Origin: a virus | IMG/VR virus record: IMGVR_UViG_3300032304_001060 | Coordinates: 1-64,000 of that record | Direction: 5' to 3' (one strand) | Length of the DNA: 64,000 nt | Shown: positions 46,796 through 55,767 of the stretch, in pieces | Position numbering within the stretch: position 1 is the first letter of the stretch | Layout: every line of letters begins with the position of its first letter | Notes under the pieces: model-generated | What the model was told of the DNA's origin: nothing | What the model saw: only the letters and a program-made list of their open reading frames with translations | Database searches by the model: none | Program-made: the position numbers and the translations under genes

Positions 46796-46996
46796 TTACT
46801 TACCTGGGTTTACTTTACTTGGATACTCAGAAGTGATAAACCCATAACCATAGAATGGGTGCAGTGTCTGACGGTTGTTCACTGTAGAGGCAGAGTCCAT
46901 CGTTACTTCTGTATCTGGACGTGCCTTGCGATACTTGCCGTCTGTGGCTCCCTCATCGAGTGATGAATTCATTGAACGTGATGTATTAACTGCCAT
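46796..46996 (-). CDS. Hypothetical protein
   Basis: 66 aa ORF. Confidence 0.55.
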   Translation of the reverse strand: MAVNTSRSMNSSLDEGATDGKYRKARPDTEVTMDSASTVNNRQTLHPFYGYGFITSEYPSKVNPGK

Positions 46997-46998
46997 AA

Positions 46999-47283
46999 TT
47001 AAATAACCTTCTTCTCTGCTTGTTGCTTTGCTTCAACAACTCTTGCGCCTTCTTGGTAGCGATCACCACGATCTTCGGTGTTGTAACGTGTTGTATTTGC
47101 CCAACCAGCCTCACGTGCTGCGCTCTTAACCTGGCTGCGCTCGTACTTACCTTCGCCACTTTTCCAACTATCTTTCGAAGTATCAGGCATTGCCTTGATA
47201 CCACGAGCACCTGCTGCTGATGCTTTTGCAAGAGCCTCAACTTGTGGGCTCTTAAACTTTACACGACGGTCTCTGAATAACAT
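46999..47283 (-). CDS. Hypothetical protein
   Basis: 94 aa ORF, coupled. Confidence 0.5.
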   Translation of the reverse strand: MLFRDRRVKFKSPQVEALAKASAAGARGIKAMPDTSKDSWKSGEGKYERSQVKSAAREAGWANTTRYNTEDRGDRYQEGARVVEAKQQAEKKVI

Positions 47284-47486
47284 TAGATCATTTTACCTTT
47301 CACTCTTTTTGCATTGCGCTGAGTTATACAGGACAGGCAATGACCTCGATTGCTTAGAAATTCTACGGGATTCATAACAACTCCGCAGGTTGGACATGGG
47401 GAAGATCCATTATATTTTGTGGCGTTTTCAGCGATCTGTCGCGCCTGCAACTCCATAATTAACATGCCATCACCGTCGTCAGCCAT
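47283..47486 (-). CDS. Small Zn-ribbon protein
   Basis: CPTC...CLSC. Confidence 0.55.
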   Translation of the reverse strand: MADDGDGMLIMELQARQIAENATKYNGSSPCPTCGVVMNPVEFLSNRGHCLSCITQRNAKRVKGKMI

Positions 47487-47488
47487 AA

Positions 47489-47731
47489 TTATCCTATCTG
47501 AACAGGTCCAGGAGTGCGTTGAACGGTTTGATTACTGGCTTGTCCACCAGAGCCACTTACCATTGCTGATGCACCGAATTGAGCAGCGCTCATTATGTTG
47601 GATCTACTTAACGCTCCTGCTCCAAGTCGGGTTGCGCCAAGGCGAGTTGCTGCTGCGCCCAATGCACGACTTCCAAGAAATCGTGCTGCTGTTCCACCTG
47701 CTACAGGTGCAAGCGGTGCTAGAAATGCCAT
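47489..47731 (-). CDS. Hypothetical A/G-rich protein
   Basis: 80 aa, contains IMSAAQF. Confidence 0.5.
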   Translation of the reverse strand: MAFLAPLAPVAGGTAARFLGSRALGAAATRLGATRLGAGALSRSNIMSAAQFGASAMVSGSGGQASNQTVQRTPGPVQIG

Positions 47732-48102
47732 TAGATACCTCCAAGTGCGTTACGTTCTGCGGCCTGATAGCCAGAGACTCCACCTGAGAACCATGATACT
47801 CGTGGCTCGGTGTAATTTCTGTCGATAGTGACAATGTCATCAATTCCAGGTTGTGAGCGATCACCATAGCCATAACGTGGTGGGAATAGTTGAATCTGTG
47901 GCAGAGGTGGGCGAACCATTGCCTGAATATCGGCTCCAGGAATGTTCATGACCATCAGTGCCTGTTGCGTGAGACGCTCGGCATTGGTTGCCCAAGGACC
48001 TTGATAAGAATACTTTTTGGCAACGGAATCTGGCCTTACAGGAGAACGGAACTCGTTCCAAGGCTTAGTACGATCGTATTGACCGTCAGTGTGCTGTGTC
48101 AT
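47731..48102 (-). CDS. Hypothetical protein
   Basis: 123 aa, AGGAG RBS. Confidence 0.6.
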   Translation of the reverse strand: MTQHTDGQYDRTKPWNEFRSPVRPDSVAKKYSYQGPWATNAERLTQQALMVMNIPGADIQAMVRPPLPQIQLFPPRYGYGDRSQPGIDDIVTIDRNYTEPRVSWFSGGVSGYQAAERNALGGI

Positions 48103-48279
48103 GTAGACTCCTTTCTATGACTGATGAACAACTATTAGAACTACTCCAATGTTACGATGCTGAATGCCTTTATGACCCCGAAACCGATGATCAAAATGGT
48201 ACTCAATACTTTCAAATTGCAGGTAACTCATTTCGTGTTAGGAAAACACTTCGTGATTACCTCTATTCAAAAGGTATTC

Positions 48280-49074
48280 TTAACTAGCACCTCTCCATCC
48301 AACCCATGAAAGGGCTTGGAATTGAGGGCGTGAAAGATTTTGACTTGGATCATAGAACTGATGCGCTAAGTGATGGGCTGCTTGCAAGGTTCTGTAACGA
48401 CGTATTGCTGTTCCGCCACTGCTGATCGCCCGTGAATCATCACCAAATTTTTGACCCATCGCTGCATCATGCTGATGTCGGTCTATTGTGTAACCCAGTC
48501 CCTGACCTCCACCAGTCCACGTCTCTGGTTCAGAGATAGAGCCTGCAAAATCACGTAACTTTGGTGATCCGTAGACTACTGCAGGGTGCGTGTTGTTATC
48601 GACAGCACGTTGAAGAACAGGGGTTGAAAGATGTTTTGCAATCTCTCCAGTCTCCATAGAGTGCTTAATAAGTCCTTCTCGTCTTGCTTCACTGCTGTTT
48701 TGACTGTAACCACTTGCTAACAACAATCCTGCAAGTTCTGGGTGCTCTGGATGGTAAAGTGGCAATCCCTTTGCTGCACGTGCTGCGTTAAACGCTGTGC
48801 CGATTGATGCATTTCTCTCGCGTTCATTTGGGTACCACTGAAGTGCTTCCCCAACAAGTCCTTTACGTTCTGCAGTAGCGGCTGTTTCTGCAATTCTCTC
48901 TGCCATGTGTCGAACAGATCGGTGTGCTTGCAGTCCAGGAAGATCTGTAATTTCAGTACTCATCGTTCTTTGTCCTGGTACTTGAAAAAATGGTTTAAAA
49001 GTATCCATTGGAAGAACTTGAGGAGTTGGTTGTCCTACCCCAATACCTGTTCCAAATTCATTAGTTCTTCCCAT
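48280..49074 (-). CDS. Hypothetical protein, DNA-glycosylase-like (tentative)
   Basis: WY, SQNS, PKLRDF, TIDRH, Y and QALSW spacing resembles phage HhH-GPD-like proteins. Confidence 0.4.
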   Translation of the reverse strand: MGRTNEFGTGIGVGQPTPQVLPMDTFKPFFQVPGQRTMSTEITDLPGLQAHRSVRHMAERIAETAATAERKGLVGEALQWYPNERERNASIGTAFNAARAAKGLPLYHPEHPELAGLLLASGYSQNSSEARREGLIKHSMETGEIAKHLSTPVLQRAVDNNTHPAVVYGSPKLRDFAGSISEPETWTGGGQGLGYTIDRHQHDAAMGQKFGDDSRAISSGGTAIRRYRTLQAAHHLAHQFYDPSQNLSRPQFQALSWVGWRGAS

Positions 49075-49613
49075 TACGACCACGCTGGCTTTAGGTAGGC
49101 CATCATCTGACGACGACGTGCATCGATCTGACCTGGTTGATCTGCTTGTGTATTTGCTTTACCATCGTTTACAAGGTGTGGTGCTGGAGTCAAATCTATT
49201 TGTGGAGCATTTCGTAGGCTCTGGTATGTGACAGCACCGTTGAGTGGATTAACAACTGGCTGTGCCTTCATCTGGCGCTCAATACCCATCATCGGGTGAA
49301 CTTGCTCAGGCCAGTAGTACATAGATGGCTCAATGCGCTCACCCTTGTGTACGCCACGTTGATAGGCTTTCTGGTTGACGCGAGACTTGATGCTATCCAG
49401 TAAACGGTCATCACGACGTGAACGGATAGTACCAAGATAGCCATCTGGGTATTCCGCAGATGGAACTCGACCAACACCAATACGGAGTGAGTCTAAGGTA
49501 TCTCGTGCTACAGGAGTTCCTGCACCACCCTGGTTATTGTAACCAGCAAGGCCACCGCCTCCTAGAGATTGCCAGTTCTGGGAAGGAGAGTAGTTATTAT
49601 ATCCTCCTGGCAT
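49074..49613 (-). CDS. Hypothetical protein
   Basis: 179 aa, PSAEYPDGYLGTI and YQRGVHKGERI. Confidence 0.6.
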   Translation of the reverse strand: MPGGYNNYSPSQNWQSLGGGGLAGYNNQGGAGTPVARDTLDSLRIGVGRVPSAEYPDGYLGTIRSRRDDRLLDSIKSRVNQKAYQRGVHKGERIEPSMYYWPEQVHPMMGIERQMKAQPVVNPLNGAVTYQSLRNAPQIDLTPAPHLVNDGKANTQADQPGQIDARRRQMMAYLKPAWS

Positions 49614-49614
49614 G

Positions 49615-50223
49615 TTACGCCTTCCTAAATGCTTCTAGTGCTGCTGCCTTTTGTTTTGGCGTAATCTTGCGTCGTGCTTTACTGACCTCACGTTGTTCTT
49701 TAAGTGAGGCTACAACATTTTCTGCTCTTGGATTAACAGTTCTTTGCCCTGTTTTCTCATCTTCAAAGTGTGTTGGGAGAGTCTTTCCTGCACCTGCTGC
49801 ATAAACACCAAGTTGCTTTTGACCAATACCACGAGTCAACGCTTCTTCAAGAGAGGAACTTGAAGCACGTCCACCAACACGATCAGAAACGTCCAAGTAA
49901 GTCTTCTTTGAATTTTCATCCTGCCAAATTCCCTGATGAACGTTTGCGCTTTCTTCTGGAGTTGCTGCACGAGCACTCATGAATCCTGTTGGAACAACTT
50001 TTTCAGCAACGCCCTTGATTGAACGCATATGCTCTGAGACAGCAGGGACATCGGCTAAACCACCGACGACTTCATTACTGCCACCTGCTTCTACAGGTAC
50101 ACGAGGGTCACGAGATACGTAGTACCCTGAACCTCTACCTGCTCTACCTGTAGCAATCTCACGAGAACCACCGATCATGTGAGCAAACTGTGCGTCGCTA
50201 AGTATTGGTCGATTGTCTGACAT
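49615..50223 (-). CDS. Hypothetical protein with ILSDAQF motif
   Basis: 202 aa, GIWQD...YLDVS. Confidence 0.6.
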   Translation of the reverse strand: MSDNRPILSDAQFAHMIGGSREIATGRAGRGSGYYVSRDPRVPVEAGGSNEVVGGLADVPAVSEHMRSIKGVAEKVVPTGFMSARAATPEESANVHQGIWQDENSKKTYLDVSDRVGGRASSSSLEEALTRGIGQKQLGVYAAGAGKTLPTHFEDEKTGQRTVNPRAENVVASLKEQREVSKARRKITPKQKAAALEAFRKA

Positions 50224-50474
50224 TATGCACGTCCAAAACTTGCGCCTGAATCAGACTTCGGTATAACAGAAGCGCCGCCAGCGTTATCATCAAAGTTATA
50301 AGTAGATCCTGCAGTCCTGCTTGAGTATGCCATTGGACGTCCACGACCTAAAGATTTATTGCGCCACGCAGTAGCGTTGGCTGCAGAACCCATGGTGTTT
50401 TTACCTAGGGCTAAAGGTGTTTCAATCTCTGGCTGACTATCTTCGCCACCAAATTGTGTTGATGACAGTGGCAT
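50223..50474 (-). CDS. Hypothetical protein with MPLSSTQF leader
   Basis: 83 aa. Confidence 0.55.
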   Translation of the reverse strand: MPLSSTQFGGEDSQPEIETPLALGKNTMGSAANATAWRNKSLGRGRPMAYSSRTAGSTYNFDDNAGGASVIPKSDSGASFGRA

Positions 50475-50475
50475 A

Positions 50476-50931
50476 TTAGTAGGTGCTATCTACGCCGCTG
50501 TTAAAGTTAGGTGCTTGACGTCCAGAAATTGAAGGAACAATCTTTGAATTTCCCATTGTTGTTCCTAGTTCTGATTGATGAACTCCTGGAAACTTTGCTC
50601 CAACAATGTAACGAGCACCTGAACGTTCTGCCTGTGCAGCAGGTGCTGCAAGAACGTTCTTACGGTTTGCTTTGTTCATAATTGTTGGATCGCCTGCCTG
50701 CATGTTCTTCTTCGGCATGAGTGTGCCCTTAAGTGGAGCAGCACTCATGTCTGCAACGTTTGACATCTGGCCAACATAACGACGAGCGCTGTTAGCGTGT
50801 TCTGCAGAAGCGATAACTTCTTCTGGTGTCATGTGATTTCTGCTCATGTTTTTACCTGCTGACTCTAGATGGTTTGAGGGTGAACCCATGCGACGACGCA
50901 TAGCGTGTCCCATATCTGTCCAAGTTGCCAT
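50476..50931 (-). CDS. Hypothetical protein
   Basis: 151 aa, AGGAG RBS. Confidence 0.6.
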   Translation of the reverse strand: MATWTDMGHAMRRRMGSPSNHLESAGKNMSRNHMTPEEVIASAEHANSARRYVGQMSNVADMSAAPLKGTLMPKKNMQAGDPTIMNKANRKNVLAAPAAQAERSGARYIVGAKFPGVHQSELGTTMGNSKIVPSISGRQAPNFNSGVDSTY

Positions 50932-50968
50932 AGTGACTCCTTAATGTTGATACAAGGATACGGCGGAA

Positions 50969-51259
50969 TTAACTGGCTGTAATGGCAAATACGATGGCGC
51001 TAATTTCTCCATCACGAGACTCAATTGTGGTAAAACCTGGCTTACAGACGAGATCCAGGCCACGAGGAGCCACATAACCTCTTGCGATTGCCATTGCTTT
51101 TACGGCTTGATTGACGGCTCCAGCGCCTACGGCACGCATCTTGACCTCGTGCTTTTCGTAGATGGCGTGTGCAATTGCAGAGGCAACGCTCTGCGGATTG
51201 GAAGATGCGCTAACTCGTAGAAATTGCTCGTCAGCAGATGCGTCGGGTGTGTTATTCAA
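50969..51259 (-). CDS. spoVS: SpoVS-family (Alba-fold) protein
   Basis: LRVSASSNPQSVASAIA...RAVGAGAVNQAVKAMAIARGYVAP.GLDL...PGF is the SpoVS signature. Confidence 0.85.
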   Translation of the reverse strand: MNNTPDASADEQFLRVSASSNPQSVASAIAHAIYEKHEVKMRAVGAGAVNQAVKAMAIARGYVAPRGLDLVCKPGFTTIESRDGEISAIVFAITAS

Positions 51260-51312
51260 TTTTTAGTCCTTTAGATCGAATTTGTGTGCCGCTCCTGGAC
51301 TAAATGGTAAGG

Positions 51313-51900
51313 CTAAAGTCGTGCTTGGTCTCTGTATTTAGGATCTTTCATTTGCTCAATAACTGCAGCCTCTACCGAGTCAATATGGACTTCTGCAGCA
51401 AGACGTGCCAGCCCGTAGGCATCGGCTGCATTGTCGTCGTTAAATTCCATGCCCCATCTCTTGTATATCTGCAGGAGCATCTCTTGTTTTTTGGCGTTTC
51501 CTTTACCAGATGCATACTTCTTCAACGTCATGGGAGGAACCTTCAAGGGGAATCGACGATCATCATTTTCATCAAAGTAATCAAAGATTGCAAGGCGAAC
51601 AGTTGCTGAGAGTTCTCCAAGCACCAAGGCTGCATGGCTTGCAAGGACTGTTCCTTCCATGGCAATGTCTTGAATGATTGCGCCCTGCTCTTCTAAATAC
51701 TCAAAATGATCTGTTAACCATTGGCGAATATCTGACAGTCTTTCTACACCAAAGTACGGAGACTTATACACCCATGTAATGTGTTCTGCTGGAGCAGTAG
51801 TGTTAACTGCAGATAAGGCAAACCCAGTAAGAGATTGATCAATCCCAATTCCTACAGGAACTCCGTAAGATAATTTTCCATCAATCAGTTTGGTTGGCAC
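51313..51900 (-). CDS. ruvC: RuvC-like Holliday junction resolvase
   Basis: IGIDQSLTG, AMEG, PMTLKKYASGKGNAKK and DDNAADAYGLA. Confidence 0.8.
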   Translation of the reverse strand: MPTKLIDGKLSYGVPVGIGIDQSLTGFALSAVNTTAPAEHITWVYKSPYFGVERLSDIRQWLTDHFEYLEEQGAIIQDIAMEGTVLASHAALVLGELSATVRLAIFDYFDENDDRRFPLKVPPMTLKKYASGKGNAKKQEMLLQIYKRWGMEFNDDNAADAYGLARLAAEVHIDSVEAAVIEQMKDPKYRDQARL

Positions 51901-52171
51901 GGAGTTTTCTTTCTTCAATAACCATCTCAATGGTTCCAAGATAACCTGCCCCGTCCGTCAAGTTATCGCGTTTGTGTTTGTAAGACTCTCTTGCAATCTT
52001 CACCCACGCCATGGCAAGTCCAACTTGTTCTTCAGTAATTTCGCAATCGAAGATTACTTCCCAACCTCGTTTGATGCGGTTGAAGTTATCCAACGGATGA
52101 TCATAGGAGTAATTACGATCTCCATAAATCAACTCAGTTGCTTCTTCAAGAATAGACTTGTCTTCTTTCAT
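51881..52171 (-). CDS. DUF6378-like phage protein
   Basis: ILEEA..LIYGDR..SY.HP.DNF.RI...W...KIARE...KRDNLTD.AGY. Confidence 0.65.
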   Translation of the reverse strand: MKEDKSILEEATELIYGDRNYSYDHPLDNFNRIKRGWEVIFDCEITEEQVGLAMAWVKIARESYKHKRDNLTDGAGYLGTIEMVIEERKLRANQTD

Positions 52172-52623
52172 AGCGTAAACGAATCCCTTCTACCGATAGT
52201 TTGTGAGCGACGACTTATTTCTCTAGATACAAGAGTAATGTCACGTTCTTGGTTATTTAACATCATCTCCAAGATTTTACGATAAGCGTACTTCTCTTCG
52301 TACTTATCACGCAAATCTTGAATGTCTGGATCAATATCGATCTGAGCCTTAATAAGAGAAACAGTGGTTCCTTTAGGTGACCCCGTAGTCAACGCCACAA
52401 GTGCTCGGCTCTCAGCCAGTTCTGTCTTACGAAGAGAGTTACGTTCAGCCAACTGAGCCTGCACCAACTGACTAGCCATGTAGTCTGCCCATCCAGTTAA
52501 GATGGTGAACATCTCAGCCAGTTGTTCACTACTCAGTTCAGTTATGTCTGGTGGAAGAATGGCTTGATCGTAGACTGGCTTAGGTAAATCTAAGCCACTC
52601 TGCATAATTGGTGATAGTTCCAT
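52168..52623 (-). CDS. Hypothetical helical protein (possible recombination mediator)
   Basis: 151 aa coiled coil ending SREISRR, in the recombination cluster. Confidence 0.45.
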   Translation of the reverse strand: MELSPIMQSGLDLPKPVYDQAILPPDITELSSEQLAEMFTILTGWADYMASQLVQAQLAERNSLRKTELAESRALVALTTGSPKGTTVSLIKAQIDIDPDIQDLRDKYEEKYAYRKILEMMLNNQERDITLVSREISRRSQTIGRRDSFTL

Positions 52624-52625
52624 AG

Positions 52626-53471
52626 TTACTCCTCAATTAAATCGCATTGCTTACAGCCGCTGGAATCCACATTACACTTAGGAAGAGAACCAGCGTTAAC
52701 CGCATCATTAATCTGTTGTGCCTTGTAGAAAATCCTATCAACGACATCGTAATCGGCCTTCACTGTGAACTCTTTGTAGTCTTGATCCATCTTTAGTTCA
52801 TATAAGAAAACGATTTCTTTTGGCGCTTCCTCCCCAAACATACGGCGTGCAAGTTCCAGGTACATCTGCCCCTGCAACAAGTGGCCACGGAATGGGCGAC
52901 GAATGTTTCTCCACGCCTTCTTCAAGTCATGGTCTGCATCACGAAGTAAGTCAGGCGCTTCAAAACGAAGAGTTCCCTCACCAATTGACTTGATTTCAAT
53001 CAGGTAATCATCACCTAGACCTTTGACCCAGCCATCTGTATGGCCTGCAATACGTAATGAATTATCAAGCATCTTTACTTCGTCATAGACCAAGGTCTTA
53101 CAGAAACAGTGCTGACAAACCTTAGGTGATAGGCCAGAGGTAATTAAGTCGCAATTCTGACACTTAAAATCTCCCCAGAGATTGCCCATCTCATAGATGC
53201 GGTTCTGCCACTTTGCATGGATGAAGTGCCCCTCATCAAAGATATTCTGCAGACGAAGATTTGGATTGTCTTGCTTCTTTTTGCCACCCATAAGGAGATA
53301 GGCCGAGTATCTGTGACAGAAGTCAGCCTTAATCATCTCTGATGGGTGCAATACGGTAGTACTACGATCGTCAGGAGTCCTCTTCATAAGGTGACGCTCT
53401 ATGGGTCCAATAAGACGAGTATCAGTCTTCTTGGTATCTAAGTACTTCTGTAGATCGTTCTTAACTACCAT
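52626..53471 (-). CDS. Cas4-like PD-(D/E)xK exonuclease
   Basis: HPSE..C, G..IH, GHTDG, IEIKS, QGQMY and C-terminal C..C..C. Confidence 0.75.
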   Translation of the reverse strand: MVVKNDLQKYLDTKKTDTRLIGPIERHLMKRTPDDRSTTVLHPSEMIKADFCHRYSAYLLMGGKKKQDNPNLRLQNIFDEGHFIHAKWQNRIYEMGNLWGDFKCQNCDLITSGLSPKVCQHCFCKTLVYDEVKMLDNSLRIAGHTDGWVKGLGDDYLIEIKSIGEGTLRFEAPDLLRDADHDLKKAWRNIRRPFRGHLLQGQMYLELARRMFGEEAPKEIVFLYELKMDQDYKEFTVKADYDVVDRIFYKAQQINDAVNAGSLPKCNVDSSGCKQCDLIEE

Positions 53472-53474
53472 GTC

Positions 53475-53804
53475 TTAATCCTTGTCTACGCTGAAAATAA
53501 AATCTCTGAGGGTCATCTTCTTCTTAAACTTCTTTTGCCACTTTCGTATTAGTGCGTTTCTTTCTCGGTGAGATAGCCCGCCCCAAATACCATGAGGTTC
53601 GTCACGGGATACTGCATCCCACAAACACTCGGTTCTTACTGGACATGGATTCTTTCCTGTCTCTCCAAAGCAAAAGCCTTTTGCTTGCGTAGCCAAAGTC
53701 TTGTACTGCTCTTTATCACGAGGTGGATAAAAGATGAGCGTTGTTTCGTCTTGACCTTTACAACGGGCTTTGTATCGCCAGATGTAATCTGGTTCGTCTT
53801 CCAT
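53475..53804 (-). CDS. whiB: WhiB-family transcription factor
   Basis: W..KARC...FYP...AKGFC...CPVRTECL...GIWGGLSHRER. Confidence 0.88.
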   Translation of the reverse strand: MEDEPDYIWRYKARCKGQDETTLIFYPPRDKEQYKTLATQAKGFCFGETGKNPCPVRTECLWDAVSRDEPHGIWGGLSHRERNALIRKWQKKFKKKMTLRDFIFSVDKD

Positions 53805-54125
53805 TTATTTTTCATCCTTTAGTTTCTCCCTCATCTCAAGTAAGTCATCTTCCAAAAGAATAACGTAGTTAACACCATCTAGATAAAGGCCAAAGACTGG
53901 CATTCGTCCATCAAGTATTGCTTCCGTTGTGATCTTCTTTAATTCTTCTGACTTTATGGTTTTGGTTTTCTTTCCTGTCCACTTATGTTCGATCAAGAGA
54001 TCCTCTGATCTAACATCGCCCTTCCTTGACCAGAACGCCCCAGACGCCGCATTTGTTGAGCCACCAATCTTCTTGGCTAGTCTCTTCTCATGCTTCTGTG
54101 ACTGTTTTTGACCTTCACTTTTCAA
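53805..54125 (-). CDS. Hjc-like PD-(D/E)xK resolvase/endonuclease
   Basis: HEKRLAK..GG...ASGA...KGDV...LIEHK. Confidence 0.65.
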   Translation of the reverse strand: MKSEGQKQSQKHEKRLAKKIGGSTNAASGAFWSRKGDVRSEDLLIEHKWTGKKTKTIKSEELKKITTEAILDGRMPVFGLYLDGVNYVILLEDDLLEMREKLKDEK

Positions 54126-54354
54126 TTTCGATCTTTCCTTGCTCGTAGCCTTCTATGATACGAGGTACAAGGTAAAACAATGTCTCACGCCAAAAACAAG
54201 AAGAACATCCACAGAAGAGTTCTTTTGAAAGAGTTTCACTTAAAACTTCTTCTTCTGCCATCGCTGCCTCAAACAACATGTCGGTGTATTCCTCTACGCC
54301 CTTCTCTAAGTCGTGAGCCCATGCTTGATCTGTTACGTTAAATTCCTTATGCAT
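54115..54354 (-). CDS. Hypothetical protein
   Basis: FCGCSSCFWRE motif. Confidence 0.55.
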   Translation of the reverse strand: MHKEFNVTDQAWAHDLEKGVEEYTDMLFEAAMAEEEVLSETLSKELFCGCSSCFWRETLFYLVPRIIEGYEQGKIEIEK

Positions 54355-55393
54355 CTGTTTCTCCTGCCATTGGGTTGTCGGGTGTTTCAAACACTAACTT
54401 GCGGATAGCGTCTTTTAATTCAATCTCTTCACGAATACTTTGGATGACTGGATCAATACCCTGCCACTTGCGTTCACCAAAGTAGTACCAACCACCCTTA
54501 CGTTGAATAATGTCCTTGACCACTGCAAGGGCTGCAACTTCTTTAGCGAAGTCGTACTCACCTGGTAAACAATCCCCACCTTCTGAGAAATAGAAATCAA
54601 AGTACGCCACACGCTGTGGTGGTGCGGTCTTATTCTTTAGTGTTCGTACCTTAATTCGTTGACCAATACGGTTCTTATTTCCGCTAGGTCCAATCTCAAT
54701 CCATTCATCACGGCGAATTTCAAGACGTGTAAAGAAAGCGTAATCTTTACCCTGTCCTCCTGGAGTTGTGCGTGGATCTCCGTGCATAACTCCGATCTTC
54801 ATTCTGTATTGGTTAATGATAATTCCAAGAACTGGACGCTCATCTTCAACAAGACTACGCTTCATTGCAGATCCGACTACACGAAAAAACTTGTTCGTGA
54901 GCAACGCTCCGCGTCCTACAGTCATCTCATTCATGTCCTTCTCCATTTCAGGAGCGGGAGACAGCGCTGGAAGAGAGTCAATGACAATCGCATCGACTGA
55001 CTTAGATTCAGCAAATTCAATAACAGACTGGTAAGCCTCTTCCATGACGTTGGTCTCAATCACAATGACTCGGCTTGTATCAACGCCACACATCGCGGCG
55101 TACTCTGGTACCCACTGCTCTGCTGCAACCCAGACAGTTGTGTGCTCTGGATCAAGCGCTTGGTTTGCCGCGATGGTCTTAAGCGCAACTGCAGTCTTGC
55201 CGTGTGAAGGTTCTCCTATGAGTTCATTCCATTGATTACCAGGAAAGCCACCACCCAGCACATAATCCAAAGTAGTTGAGCCTGAAGTAATGCGAGGTAT
55301 AAGGTCGTTGCGAATATCAGAGGCAACAACCACCACGTTATTTCCAAACTTTTTATTAAGCGTTGCAACAATTTTACGGGCTTCATCATTCAC
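54347..55393 (-). CDS. recA: RecA-like recombinase
   Basis: SGSTTLDYVLGGG, GEPSHGKT, IVIDSL, INQYR and TTPGG. Confidence 0.92.
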   Translation of the reverse strand: MNDEARKIVATLNKKFGNNVVVVASDIRNDLIPRITSGSTTLDYVLGGGFPGNQWNELIGEPSHGKTAVALKTIAANQALDPEHTTVWVAAEQWVPEYAAMCGVDTSRVIVIETNVMEEAYQSVIEFAESKSVDAIVIDSLPALSPAPEMEKDMNEMTVGRGALLTNKFFRVVGSAMKRSLVEDERPVLGIIINQYRMKIGVMHGDPRTTPGGQGKDYAFFTRLEIRRDEWIEIGPSGNKNRIGQRIKVRTLKNKTAPPQRVAYFDFYFSEGGDCLPGEYDFAKEVAALAVVKDIIQRKGGWYYFGERKWQGIDPVIQSIREEIELKDAIRKLVFETPDNPMAGETDA

Positions 55394-55767
55394 TAGTTAA
55401 TCCTTCCAATAATTCCTTGTGGGTTCCAATTACTTGCAACATCATTACCTCGTGCATCTCGTGCAGAACCTTCGACTTTTGCACCAGTCAACGATCCATA
55501 ACGACTTCCTGATTGATTAATTGGGTATCCGCAGTCGTAACAACGTGGTGCAGCATTCTGAACTGCCATGTAGTTATTGCCACCACACTCAGGGCAAGAT
55601 TGAGTTTGACTTGCACTACCAATACGCAATGACGGGACTTGTGGCTGTGGTGCTTGGTACGGAGTCATAGGCTGTTGTGACGGTGGCATTGGAACATCTG
55701 CTGGTCGTGCCTGCGGTTGTGCAGGTTGTGTACCTAACTGTTTAGCCCACCAGTCTGCATTACTCAT
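55393..55767 (-). CDS. Hypothetical Zn-ribbon protein
   Basis: CPECGG...CYDCG. Confidence 0.6.
   Translation of the reverse strand: MSNADWWAKQLGTQPAQPQARPADVPMPPSQQPMTPYQAPQPQVPSLRIGSASQTQSCPECGGNNYMAVQNAAPRCYDCGYPINQSGSRYGSLTGAKVEGSARDARGNDVASNWNPQGIIGRIN

Noticed and set aside
52626-53471. CRISPR-Cas system suggested by the Cas4-like gene
   Set aside because: It is a solo exonuclease in a recombination operon. No repeat-spacer array or other cas genes were seen, and the 38-40 kb repeats are degenerate, irregularly spaced and inside genes.
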